From: Bugula neritina
Taxonomy: Eukaryota; Animalia; Bryozoa
Length of the DNA: 64,000 bases
Direction: 5' to 3'
Assembly: GCA_964035545.1 (NCBI GenBank)
Contig: OZ037770.1
Span: 15,180,642-15,244,641 of the forward strand
Shown: positions 39,901-52,984 of the stretch, piece after piece
Numbering within the stretch: the stretch's first letter is position 1
Layout: every line of letters begins with the position of its first letter
Notes under the pieces: model-generated
What the model was told of the DNA's origin: nothing
The model's database searches: none
The model's input: the letters and a program-made list of their open reading frames with translations, nothing else
Translations under genes and position numbers: made by a program

Positions 39901-41940
39901 TGGGTGTGACTTACTGTGTGGGTGTGACTTACTGTGTGGGTGTGACTTACTGTGTGGGTGTGACTTACTGTGTGGGTGTGACTTACTTCTCGTAATCAGC
40001 TTCCCCGAGGATGTCTAGCTCCTGGTGGATGGTAAGAGTCTCCCTGGTGTTGGCTTCTAGTTGCTTAAGTAAAGTGTCCCTCTGTTATAATACATAAGTT
40101 ACGTTAGAAGTCAATGTACCTAGCTGGTAGACTGAGTACCACACTAAGGCTTGAATATGCATCACGTCGACTTGAGCATTGATGGCTACTAGCAGAATAA
40201 CTTTGAAACAGTTTTTTGTAATAAAAAAACTTTTGCTGTACTTCTGTTTGAAATGAGCGGCCTACACATAATTATTTATTATAAATTCTCTCATTCACAC
40301 TAGTAAGCTACTTCCGAAGGGAGAGGAAATGAAGTAAGACGGCCTTGAGCTGACCTGCAGGGCGAGGAATGGCACGTTGAAGAAGGCGTGAAGGTACTTT
40401 AGTCCGAATCCATTGAGTAGAGACATCTCAGTAAACCTGACTGGAGCAGCATTTTCTCCTCTACAGAAAGCAACAAAGAGGGTCAGCGACACACGCCCCT
40501 TATGTCATACAAGTGAACTTAGTCTAAGAAGCTATAAAACTATTGGCTAACATTTTAAAGCCTAAATTAAGCACCAATATTTTCATAGAGATTACATCAC
40601 ACTAACTGACCGGTCAAGAGAAGAAACGAAATAGCCCGGGGTGTCCACGTCTACTGTGCGGTGCAGCCCCATGTCTCTACAATTTGCTAGTATGATAACA
40701 GGAATATGGGCAGGAATTTTGGGTATTTCCTGTTCAACGTACTTCCATGTCCTGTAAAACAGAACGAAATATGCAAATAGAGAAATATTTATTGCAGCAC
40801 AAAAAAGAGTTATGTAAAATACGACATCAAAATGTATCAAAATAAGACAATAGATACAAAAGATACAATAAGGAGAATGAATGAATGACCTTCAAGTAGA
40901 CGGGTGACTACAGGAAATTGCAGCTACGGTGTTACATAACGATGACTCACCACATTTTAGTCATGTCGTACATCAGAATAACGGCGTGAGTTCCCTTGTA
41001 CACGTCTACAAATTGCGCGTCTAGTTTGGGGGAGAGATCCTCTTCCGTCCCTTCGTGCTTCATCTTTAAGCTGCCTTCAGAAGTTGGCTTACGCCGGGCT
41101 TTGTCTACGACGTCCCACACTTCGACCTTCACCACGTCATCTGTGGCCTTGTAACTCCACTGAATGTTTGCTACCTGCGCATGTATTGAGTACAGACAGT
41201 AGTTGCTACCTGCGTATGTATTGAGTATAGACAAGAGTAATGTAACGCATCACTTGTAGAGTAAGTTCTTGAGTCTTATTGAAAGTTTTCTTTTTTTAAA
41301 AAGAAATTAGAAACAGATAGTGAGAGTACTAATTTTCAAACCAATAAAACTGAGATAAAATGGCAGTTGAATGAAACTTTAAAACAGGGAAATTTGCAGC
41401 TATGCAGCCACAGATTGCAGCAAACATACACCACGATACTAATTACGATACTGTTTCAACTCCATATAATTAAGGAAATGTCTAAACATGAACCGGGAAT
41501 GTAGCCTCAGAGGCTATGAAATGTGTTCACCTGGATCTCATCGGTGGGCAAATATTCTTCTCGAAACTTCCGACCTTGAAGACGAAGAAATAAAGTGGTT
41601 TTACCAACATTCCTGTCACCTTTGATGATGACTTTCACTGAAAAGAAATGTGAAGCAAATATTTGTACAATACATAAACAGTCATACACTTTGATGAGAA
41701 TGACTTGGGACTAAAATATATTGTGATCCTATTTTTCAGTAGTAAAGTTTAGTTTGATCAAATATTTAAATGAGGTCCCACATCAATATAATAGAGACAG
41801 CACTTACTGTTGTATTGAACTCCTTTGGCATACTTTAGCTGCAGTTCAGCAGACATGGTTTGGACGCCGGTAGGAGAAGGTCCGGCATTTGGTCTTTGCT
41901 CCTCATCTTTCTTCTTTATAAGCTTCTTCAGAAAACTCAT
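36994..41940 (-). CDS. RABL6: Rab-like protein 6
   Basis: Exons 41940-41808, 41637-41531, 41174-40951, 40751-40611, 40460-40355, 40081-39987, 39608-39490, 39085-38979, 38645-38109, 38028-37918, 37197-36994. Motifs AKGVQYNMKVIIKGDRNVGKT, YKATDDVVKVEVWDVVDK, NGFGLKYLHAFFNVPFL, acidic and Lys-rich C-terminus ending LEQFL...YECL. Confidence 0.94.
37615..37900. repeat. AT-rich (ACATATATATTACT)n-like satellite in RABL6 intron
   Basis: Tandem ATATTAC units. Confidence 0.85.
38770..38977. repeat. 18-bp minisatellite (CACTGTGAACAGTCACAA)n abutting a RABL6 donor
   Basis: About 11 copies, starting at the donor at 38978. Confidence 0.9.
39728..39987. repeat. 18-bp minisatellite containing the RABL6 donor GTAAGT in every unit
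   Basis: Minus-strand unit AGTAAGTCACACCCACAC, about 14 copies. Confidence 0.93.
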
Positions 41941-43699
41941 GCTGATTTTCTCGGATTTTTCATTAGGACTGCTGAAAACATTTGACAATCAGTATTACAG
42001 GAAAAATTTTATACTCATCAATTTTTTCACCGACATAAGATGTGATTATTGCTTAGAATCAAAATTATCAGCATGGAAATCAATGATAGTGGGAGTCATT
42101 TTTAAGAAATGTAGTGTTTCTATTTTCATTAACTTTAAATTATAAAACAAGTATTAATAATTAGAGATGTATGTGAATCTAGAAAATTAAAACAGAGCCC
42201 TCAGACTGTGTGAAAATAAAAGCAAGCTTCATGTTCTTTAACTAATAAGTTAAACTTATTGACTAATATTAAATTCAGTCAGCATCTTTATTTATAATAA
42301 TTATTGTATATCACTATTCTTGATCATTGTTCTCTAAGTCTATAATTATTTTTATTCCTATGATCATCACTATGTTCTGTCAGTAATACTGAAAACTGTA
42401 GAGACTGAAATTGAATGCCTATCAGTAAAAAATAAAAAGTAAATACAATAAAAGCTATCACTTTAGCAATCACAATGTAGCTATTACTATTACTCCTACT
42501 ATTAGACTAAGACTAAGAGTAAGACAAAGTGATAGCCTACTAATATTTGAAGCACAAACACGGAGTCTAACTCTTAAATTCAGTCATAGATAGACTTACT
42601 AGGCCTACTAACTAAAACAAGAGTATCGGTATGATAAAATTTTATCATATTCCTTATCGTAGTGACTATCACTCAATCAGTGAATCGGCATCAGTGTCAT
42701 CGTGATACTCATACTGATATTTAGTATTCACTGTGATATCTCAAGAGTAAAAAGCAACTGTAAGTGAGCAACAAACAAGAGATGGCACTGAAAGAGTAAA
42801 ATAATGACAATCCTATTAATCATTTAAAAACTATAACAATTAATAAATTAAGGTATCAATCACCACTTTGATGATATTCATATCCACTTTTTTTTAATAA
42901 CAGTTATTGAATTAACATTATCTTCATTCAAGAACATCCCATTCACTGATCCGGATGTTGAACGCAGTACGCTACTGTGTTGGAGTTATCTTCTTATTAT
43001 AAAAATAAAGTAATTATCAAGCTCCCTGCTGAAGAAAACAACTAATCCGTCATATAATTGTATTTTTTCAAATAAGCAAAAAATTATTAATATTATTAAA
43101 ACGCCTAAAGTATTATTTTAGTGATATACCGTCCAGCGTAATTTATATTACATATGAATTATAAGGGAGACAACTCTGAAGTAATGAAGTTCAGCAGCTG
43201 CAGCTTTATTTAGAGATTTAACTTTTCTTTCTAAGATTACCTGCCATTGTAGTGATATTAAAATGAAATATCTTTATTTTCTCCAAATATGGCTGGTAAT
43301 GGGTGAGAAAATAATTTTATTTGTATCTGAGTTGGTTAACAGTGCGTTTTATTGAAAAAATATTTTATAATAACAAAGTGCTTTTGCTAATAGTATGATC
43401 ACACAAAAGAGCACATTGATTTTCCCAGTAAAATATTATAATATTAATATAACATGGGGGAAGATAAAATACAACATGGAAGCAACCACGTATAGTGTAA
43501 AATTTAGAATGAATTCAAGTAAATTATTTTTCAGCCTTTTTCTGCTAGTTACTGCATTGGCAAGCAGTAATCAGCAATTGAAAATAAAAATAAAAATATT
43601 TTAAACCTCTTTAAAACACTTCAAGTTTTTATAAAAACATTAGGTAATATGTTTAACAATAAGTAATATAATTAGCTCTTGGGTTAATGATTCTGGCTC

Positions 43700-46600
43700 T
43701 CAGTTACTACCACTAACACCTGAGGTACTACTACTAACACCTGAGGTACTACCACTAACACCTAGGGTACTACCACTACCACCTGAGGTACTACCACTAG
43801 CACCTGAGGTACTACCACTAGCACCTGAGGTACTCCCACTAGCACCTGAGGTAGCTCTGGCAGCATTTGACTCAGTAGTGCTGACTTTGTACAGATACAA
43901 CATCTTCATTTCAGTGAGGATATTGTTGATGCTGGGTGAACTGAATTCAGCTGCCTTGTCATCTAGGCAATAGTGTAGGCTCAGTTTTCTAACTACTTGC
44001 TGAATCTAAAAGAAGACAACTTCAAAATTGACAAAATGTAAGCCAAACGAGACAACTTTGTTAGCGAATAAAGAAGCTACATAAGTCATTGTTTTGCAGT
44101 TCTGTGATATAACATTTCTTTCAGTTACCTAAAAGTTCAAAACTTAAATAACCTTCTGAAGATGTTGCAAGCATACAATGCTTTTGGTTTGTATTTTCAC
44201 AGGCAAAACATTTACTGTCGTCAAAACAAATTTATACATTCATGTACAATTATACATTTATGGCACAGATGTTATTTTTAATTTATGCAGCTTGATATAC
44301 GTTGTCAATATTTGTTATACTGCATGTAAGGAAAAGATGCATGTGTTTGAAACTAGAAGCTAACCATTTCAAACAGATCCTCCAAGTGTGTGTTAAAAGA
44401 GTGTCTGTAAAAGGCGAGAACTAATGCCCGAATCATCCAAGCTCCGGAATTTCGGTCTTGATGCATATTTCTACCTACAGCAGTAACTAGCAACTGTAAA
44501 CTCACAAGTTGCAACTTGCAGTGACTAAAACGCAAATAGCAATTAAGTTTGGCATATAGTTGACTGTTAACTTGAGGTTAATTGCCGGTTTAATATTGAC
44601 TACTTAGATTATTTTATTTGTTGGTTGATCCAGCTTAAGTTGTACTCAGTTAGTTTCAGAGATATTATTTCAATTTTTTTGCAATGATTGCTAAGTGAAT
44701 ACGTAGTTATAGCTCTACACTTTGGAGGTTTATCTGGTACTGAGAGTTTCAGCTGGAAAGCGCTATAAGATATTATAGACTAAAGCATATTTTGTTTTTA
44801 ACAGAAGTAATTTTTCTCCTATACATACTGGGCTGTGTAGCATTCATGATGATCATGTCTTCCATTTGCAGCCGATGTGAGGCAGACAACTCCAATGGGT
44901 CGTCATCACTTGGTATGTTGACAGCAGCAGAGTTTGTAACTGGATATGAATCTCCACTGCTGGATCCCATATACATAGTATTACACACATAGTAGACAGC
45001 ATGAAAGTCAGTAGTATAATGTTTTTAAACTGAAAAGTATGTCAATTTCCAAGTTTCATTTTATTTGAAACATGCTGGGGTAAAGTCTTAATGTAAAAAT
45101 AAATATTTGAAACACTTGCTATAGTGTCACGTGTCGGAATATCAATATTTTAAATGTCAGAGTGCCACAGCGTGAAAGTGTCAAAGTGTCAAAGTGTCAA
45201 AATGTCAGAGCGCCAAAGTGTCAAAGTGTCAAACTGCCAGGGTGTCAGAATATCACAGTGTCAAAGTATCAAATTGTCACAGTCTAAAATTCTGAAAATT
45301 ATCCAAGAAACTGAATCAAAAGTTTAGCCTTTAGTATAATGAACCAGCTAACCTGCTACTACTATCAGCACTAACTCTGACATGCGCCACAAGTGCAGGT
45401 GCTTGTGCTGTGCTCTCGGGTTCTTCAGGACTAGAAGTAGACTGGACTTCCATATTCTCTGAACCTGAGGTGTTCTCCTGGTCACTGAAAACCAGATTGG
45501 ATCCACTAAAGGTGAATATTGACAAAGCACGCAGTTCTTCTTCACGAGTAGAGACAGCGGCAGAGGCAGCAGATGCAGCAGAGGCAACTTCCTGTTGATT
45601 GAGTGTAGATGAGACGGTTGGGGGATGAGGATCCACATCCATTCCTTCCCCTTCACCTGCTGTGTGCGTAAGGCTGGTAGAGGAAGATTCTATTGGCTCT
45701 CCAGAGACCTCTACAATAAGAAAAGCAAGCTCGATGTGAAAGAGTGGCTTGGTATCATGCACATGGTTTCAAAATTAGAAGTATTTTGTTACAGTATGTT
45801 TGATAGAGAAAAACTGGTATGTGATAGCAGTAAAATGTGATTACTGTACTGCAAAATTATTTTATATGAATCTCTAAATTTCTAAATTAAACAAATTTAG
45901 CTAATTTTTTTTCATTCTTCAAGCTTTTCGCCTTTCATATCTTAAGCACAATTTGAAGAGTGTAAGCTATCTTTGCTAGTCACTAACTATAATAATTAAG
46001 GTAGAGGCAGGACAAAAGAGTATAATGCAACTAACCATTGGCTAAGCACTGGACTACCACCACTTTAGGTTTCTGTGCCATAAGAGGAAATCTATTGGCT
46101 GACAGGAGTTCAGTCACATGACTAATCTCCAGCTTGTCACCTGCTGCCCCATAAATGCTGTCGCGGCAGCCTTGACTTATGATGACCAGGAAAAACATCT
46201 TGTATACGCCATGAGCTTCAATCTGCGTTTCTTCAGCAATTGCTGTTTTCATTTCCTATATAAGCAATGGATTTCTACCTTTGATAAGCTCATACATGTT
46301 AGGTTAGATGCAAAGTGCTTATATATCGTTTCAGTACAAACGCAAATCTTCTCAGTTAGATTCTTAAACAGTAAAAAAATTGCATTTTAACTTAAAACCT
46401 ATAATTATAGCCGCATGTTTTATATAGTTTTTTAAGATATTACTTTGTTTTATTCAAGAAATAGACAATTCAACTGTTTAATTTGCTACTTGACTTAACT
46501 TAAATATACTAACTTCAGCAGTATAGCTTTTGTGTTCTCCCGTGACGACAAAGTCCAGCTTACTCAACATGTCCTTGACATTACTAAAGTCAACTTCGGA

Positions 46601-49600
46601 ACCAACTCTGGTGTTGTTGGAACTGTTGGAGATGATTAGTGCCCTCCCTCTCGGTGAAGACATTGGGTATTTCTAAAGTAAACTCACGTGTTCAGCTTAC
46701 TTCAAAATACTTTTTTGTGATGATGATTTAGCAGTGAGACTCAAAGATATGTGTAATACGTCAATCATTTGAGAGTTGCATTTAAAACTTGAAATACAGA
46801 GCTTCTGGAGACTGCTACTTTTAAGACTGTCATCAGAACGCACACAGGCACATACTATATATTATATTATTGCAAAAAGTAACTGTGATTCTACAGTAAA
46901 AGTATATATACTTACTAAAACTCCAGTTAGTGGTTGTCTTCTCATGTTTACATTTACCAGGTCCATTTTCATTTCGTTCTCAAGCTCATGGCTGATGAGC
47001 CAATCAAACATGGCAGATATGGCGTTCTGCTTTCGCTGATAGTCACTGATTTTAGCTAAAAACATTAAAGATACTCACTTAACTTTGCAGCAGTAGGCTA
47101 TACTGAATAATGATGTATATTTCTACCCAATAGCATATTTTGTAACAACTTAATGTATGATGATATTGATTTGATATGATGAAGTTTCATATATTTGTTT
47201 TATTAAAAATCTTTTCTATCTAACTCCATTTTCTGAATTGAAGGAAAACACTTAGCTCTTTACTGACCAGATTCTATCTCAAATAGGGAGTTCTGAAATA
47301 TTTCTTTTTCTGCTTCGTTGAGCTCTTTGCCTGAAACAAAATTTAAGCAGTTTCTAAACTTAATGTTGTGCAACTGTCAAATATGAGTCTTTTTTAAAAA
47401 TGCCTTTATTTTTTGCTCAATCATGAAACTCTTTTAAGTACCACAATCAGCAGGAATAAAGTGTTGTTTTGATATCAAGTGTCATTTAAGTAATATATAA
47501 TCTATATAATTATGTGAAATATACGTTTTATTTGGCAAATAATAAATAATATTATTAACAAGAATAATTGCCAAAATGCCTTACATACTCAACTATTTTT
47601 TAAAATTTGTTTTATCTTTTAGTGGTACACTGACAGAGATGGTGAGAAGTGTTTACAAGAATGAATACAAGAAGTTACATATGCAGATAAAATAATTGGC
47701 AAGGGTTGATGAGGGGAACTTACAGGAGAGGATGAGGAAAACTTATAGGGGTTGAAGAGGGAAGCATACGGGGTTGGGGCAAAGGAGCTTACAGGGGTTG
47801 ATGAAGGAAACCAACAAGAATAGATATACAAGCTTGCAAGGAAGAATGAGAAAAAATAAAGGGGTGAATGAGAAAAACTTACAGGGGTAGAAGAAGAAAA
47901 TTTACAGGGGTGGATGAAGGAAAGCTTACAGGGGTGGATGAAGGAAGCTGGAATCAGATCTGGATTCATAATATTTAAACATTTCCTCTCATCAACCGCT
48001 TCATTAATCCACGTAACACCAGAACTCTCTCCAGATTCAAGCACTTCTTCAATCTCGGCTAGGAAACCACTTTTCTCTAACCTACCAGGATCTGGACAGT
48101 CTTGCAGCAAGCAATGTGGACACAAATACTCACACAAATATTGTAACGCCCGCCATGATTGGTGGAGATATCTCATTATAGTCAATATGGAGTCTATAAG
48201 AACTTCCCAAGAACTGTGTATAGTGTTAGCACACGCTGATACTTTAAGCTGCATTTCGCTTTCCTCAGTCTTGTATTGCAATAAAAACTTTGTTAGAGAA
48301 TTTTGGGCCGCTAGACCATTTGAGCATGAGCTAATATTAAACGCACGCAGCCGATGTAAGTTTAGGAGTAGGATTGACATTTGATGGTACGCGTGGTGTG
48401 GTAACTTCAAACCTTTGAAAGTGAAACTTGTGCACAAAACCAGTGTACTGCCTCTAAGAAAGGAGATGTCAATTTCATGCCTTGCGAATGATGGGATCAG
48501 ATAAAGTTTTAAACCAGTTCTGCCGTCTTTGTGCTCATATAGCAAGTTGAAATGTTGAAGCATTTTGACAGCGTGTGAAAGTGCCAACTTGGATTCTGTT
48601 CTCACCAGATATTTAAACAGATGGTCGAGCAGTAAACTGGTTCTATGAAAAAAAGTCAGCCATTGCTTAAAGTCTTTCCTTTCAACCGTTGGTTCATTAT
48701 AACTTAGATATGGCTGGAAATTGTCTTCTCTAAAACTCCATTTTTTTTCTTCATCGTGGTTAAACACTATCTCAAGTAGCTCGACAATCATGTCCATATT
48801 GTGAAACACGTAGCTAGACAACTCCTCACTGTCTTCAAACCAAAGCACATACCCAGCCATATGAGCATATCGAAGGACATTTTTTATTTTAGCTTCTGTA
48901 ATGCCATCTTTCTTAAACTTAGCGTTTAGATCTCTCAGGGACAGGTGACTCGAAGTGTCAAACCTTTCTTTTTGGAGAAATTTAATAATTTTAAACCAAT
49001 TAAATGGAATGACTGTACGGCAATCTTTTTCTTGAATTTTATGCAATAACCGAGATGCTATCTTGTCAAATGTGGTGCTGGAGTGATTTCCTACTTCAAA
49101 AATATCTGCTTCAATGAACATCGGTTGATGTCTGTTTGTGAAGGCCTTTATTTCAACGCGACTATTACCACTTTGAAAGACTTTGGACTTCCATTGGTTG
49201 CAGGCTAATAGGAGCCGCTCTCGATAAGCAGTATAATTTGGCTCGCTAAAAGCATCTTGATGCGTGATAACGAGAATAGGGGATGTGAGTTGAGGGTACA
49301 CTAAATAGAAATGAGCAAACCAATTTACGACCAACTCCTTTGCTGCTGCCAGATCTCCGGATGCTGCCGTTAGTTGCTCAAAATGTTTCAGATTTACGAC
49401 AACAACTGGGATAGAGTTGCTGCGCAGGACAAGCTGATAAGTGGTTTGGTAAGCATCATCTCCTCCAAAATCAAATATCTGTACGGGAAGGCCGTCCAGC
49501 TCAATTTCAACAGAGCTAAACACCCGAGTTGTTTCGTCAAAAGGTGCATCTTCTTCTCTGTTTGTTAAAATTCTCATTCTACTTTTCAAGGACTGAACTA

Positions 49601-50621
49601 GACTGGTTTTGCCAGCCATTTTGCGTCCTACTACAGCTATGGTACATATCATGATTAGGGCTGAAGTCTCGCCTGTCGCAGCTTGGTCTCGGAAGAACTG
49701 CCTTATCTGCCCACACCCTAGATTAGCGACCCCTTCGTACGGTGGATGCTGGAGGTTAATGCAGCCATCACAGTCCAAATCAGTCAAAGTTTTAATAGCC
49801 ATCAGCTCTGGATCTAAATGCTTCAGCTCAACATTCTTGCTTATAACTAATTTCCGTAGATTTGTGAGCTGCAAAACTACTCTTGGCAATTCTACGTGAA
49901 AGCCGTTTCGTGGAATGTAGAGGCAGGACAGAGTGTCTTTACAGGCTTTCAAACTAAAAAGGAACAAAAACATTTAAATCAAATGAACTTGAAAGCTGAT
50001 TATAATACAATCTATTTGGTAATTTTCCTTTAAAGAAATTTTGGAAATTCAAAAACTTTATCCGCATTCAAAAACTGACGCAACATCAGGAGTGACTTTA
50101 GTTATTTATCAACTACAAGAGAGAAAGTACAGCTTTTATATTTCTTACTGATTTGATAATTATTACAACCTTCCAGGTAATGCTGAAAGCTCACACTTTC
50201 CAACATGAAGTTCTACAAGAGATTTTAGTCCGTAGAATATTTCTTCCGCAAGTTGCATCAGTGGATTGTCACTCAGATACAGAATCTCCAAGCTTTCTAA
50301 TCTGCAAATACTAAAATGACGTTCTGTTTTAGGATGAGCATATAGTTTGTTTCATTACCAATATTCTGTTCACATTCACACATTGTGATAACTTTGGTGA
50401 TAAAATTTCTATATTTAATTTGCAAATGGGAATACTACAAAGTTGATTTGGAAATTGCTAAATTTTAATTCTTGTGGCACAGTGAAAAAAATAACAAATA
50501 AGAAACACTATATCTAGAAAATTATATATAGGTCTATATATAATTATACCAACACATGCACGCATATACACATGCACGCATATACACATGCACGCACATG
50601 CATGCACGCACGCATGCACAT

Positions 50622-50668
<47 letters not shown>

Positions 50669-52984
50669 CACACATGTGCTAATAAAATGAAATGCGTTCG
50701 AGTCTACTTAGTGAGTCGATGATCTAAACTAATAAAACTTAAAGTTTTGAGAGGTCTACCTGGTGCAGGTATCGTACACAGATATTATACAATATCTACA
50801 GATCTACCTGGTGGTTATCATACATGACATATATCATACAGTGTCTTCAGATCTACCTGGAGGGCAGGTGGTTCATATTGTTCTTGCTGAGAGTTAAGTT
50901 TTTCAAAGAGTGTAAACTCTGGAAGATGTCATCTGGTAGCCCTGAGGAGAAGTCATTGTGACTGGTTACCAGCTTCTCTAAAGTGCTTACAAACCCGAGG
51001 CTGTGAAACAAACAATTAATATATCTCTGCTTATATCGGTGACAAATTAACAGTGAACATACAAACAAATAAATAATGTCTTGAAAAGTATATATAAGTT
51101 TAATATATATAGATATAAGTATAGTATATATTATAAATGTGTGCACAACATGTGTTTATATATATGGTATCTATTATATAATATTTACCATATAATATAT
51201 ACTATATATGTATGATATATGTTATGTAACTGACTGTAAGCATATTAACTTACCTGGTTGGTAGTGTAGTTAATTCACATCTGCCTATGTATAGTTTCCT
51301 CAAGGAGATCATGGAGTAAAACATGTCATCTGGAAGGTTGTTGAAGAAATGGTTTCTCCGTAAATCAAGTAGCTGGAGGTTGTATAATGCACACATACTA
51401 AAACATTACACAACTGGTTATACATGTATACAACAAGAAACCTTGTCAATTTACTAAAAATCCGACTACTTTCTGTGATGACTAAAGTTGAAGCAACAAT
51501 TTTACAGAAAATCATAAATTTTTTATTGAAAATTTATTTAGCAATAGAGAAAACACAATCATAGTTAAACTATAATAAAGTTTTTAACTATACATTTGTT
51601 CCATGTAAACTTTTATTCATTAAAACAATTAGACATTTTTCTTAATCTCTTGCATAGGATGCTGTTTGTTGTAGAGAGTTTTATACTGATCAACTCTGTT
51701 TAAATTAACTGTTTTCTAAAGTATTTATAACTTTGTGTTGTCAAGCCTGAAAGCTACTTTTTTACTTTAAAAACCACAAAATCAACTTTTTTATTAGCTA
51801 GGTCAACAGTGCTAAAATAAGACAGAAAATATATAAGTCAATGACAAACATACATGTTTGTAGACTGAGAACCAAGGATAATAGTTAGATTTTGGTCTTA
51901 CAACAACGTACCCACTTGACACTTTAGTCAAGCCACAACCTTGCAGCTTCAATTCTCTCAACTCCTTCATAGACCAAAACATTTTATCAGAGAGAGCATT
52001 TTCCAGCCTGTTGTTGTCTAAATATAGACAGTTTAATTGCTCCAGCCCTGTGATACTAAGAAGATGGAAATAATATGAGTATAACGAGTGTAAGAGAATT
52101 GACACAAGATTACATTTCTTAGCTAAATCAGATTTAAGGTTGCAGAGTTTAGACTATTAGTCTTAAAACTAACTAGCCACACAGCAACTAGCTGGTCTTA
52201 CTTTTTATCTCAATTTTATTTGGTAACCTAAGTTCTGTTCTTGCTACTGACATGCAAATAATGAGTGGTAATATGTAACCCCCAACCTTTCTGGGAGTTC
52301 TCTCAGCTGACAGCTACTCAAGTTGAGATGTCTCAGTGTTTGTTGGCACGACTTGAAAACACTCGGCGAAATACCAGTCGACAAATCATTTCCTTCCAAA
52401 TCTATCTTTTCTAAATACTGCAGTTTCTGTAACCTGTAGAAAAATTGCATATATCAACATTTTTATACTCACAGTAACATTTACAGTACTGCAAGATATT
52501 TGCTGCTTCAAACTTTTAAAGATTTATATAGTCTAAACATGTAGAACTTATTCTTTGAAAACATTAGGTATTTGAATAGCAGACTATTTATATTACATAA
52601 TATAGAGATAAACAATCTTGATGTTTATTAAAATTCAAGAGAGGTTGACTGATAAAACGCAATGTTACAGCATATTATTATTATTATACAAGTTATGATA
52701 AAGGCGTTGACTGTAGACTAGCGAGCTCACCTGTTTAAAGTCAGTTTAGACAGGACAACCTTTCTAATGCACAGCTCCCTTAGATATGGTGCCAGTTTGG
52801 TGAAGTTAGGCGACTCTCCTTTGAATATCATGTGAGTTATGAATGCCTCTTCATATCCTGTCAGCTCTTCCTTTATTTCGTACTTACTCTGTAATGAGCA
52901 CTTCACCTCATAGTTGAATAGAGCTGTGGTTGGTAGAGCTTGTTTAGTGTGTCTGTACCAGATGTTGTATTCTCTTACAGACAT
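43700..52984 (-). CDS. MFHAS1/MASL1-like ROCO protein (LRR-ROC-COR) fused to a C-terminal catalytically degenerate caspase domain (paralogue B), about 1494 aa
   Basis: 15 phase-compatible exons: 52984-52731; LRR exons 52433-52287, 52055-51912, 51397-51254, 51000-50857, 50310-50170; 49953-47930 (last LRRs, ROC: GRKMAGKTS, DFGG, THQD; COR: GYVLWFEDSEELSSYVFHN, CPHC); linker 47330-47268, 47055-46916; caspase large subunit 46672-46514, 46255-46036; inter-subunit linker 45710-45353; small subunit 44959-44829, 44474-44365, 44005-43700 (TGA). Summed CDS 4485 nt. Confidence 0.85.
43705..43852 (-). repeat. Coding 21-bp repeat giving a (STSGASG)n C-terminal tail on paralogue B
   Basis: About 7 copies of ACCACTAGCACCTGAGGTACT, in frame in the last exon. 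Confidence 0.85.
50552..50675. repeat. (GCAC)n microsatellite
   Basis: Intronic simple repeat. Confidence 0.9.

Noticed and set aside
46916-47330. Death/CARD domain between COR and caspase
   Set aside because: The linker is only about 70 aa and I recognise no death-fold motif; needs an HMM or structure check.
47619-47929. C-terminal 100 aa of the 784-aa ORF as normal coding sequence
   Set aside because: It is read-through into a repeat-derived intron after the donor at 47929.
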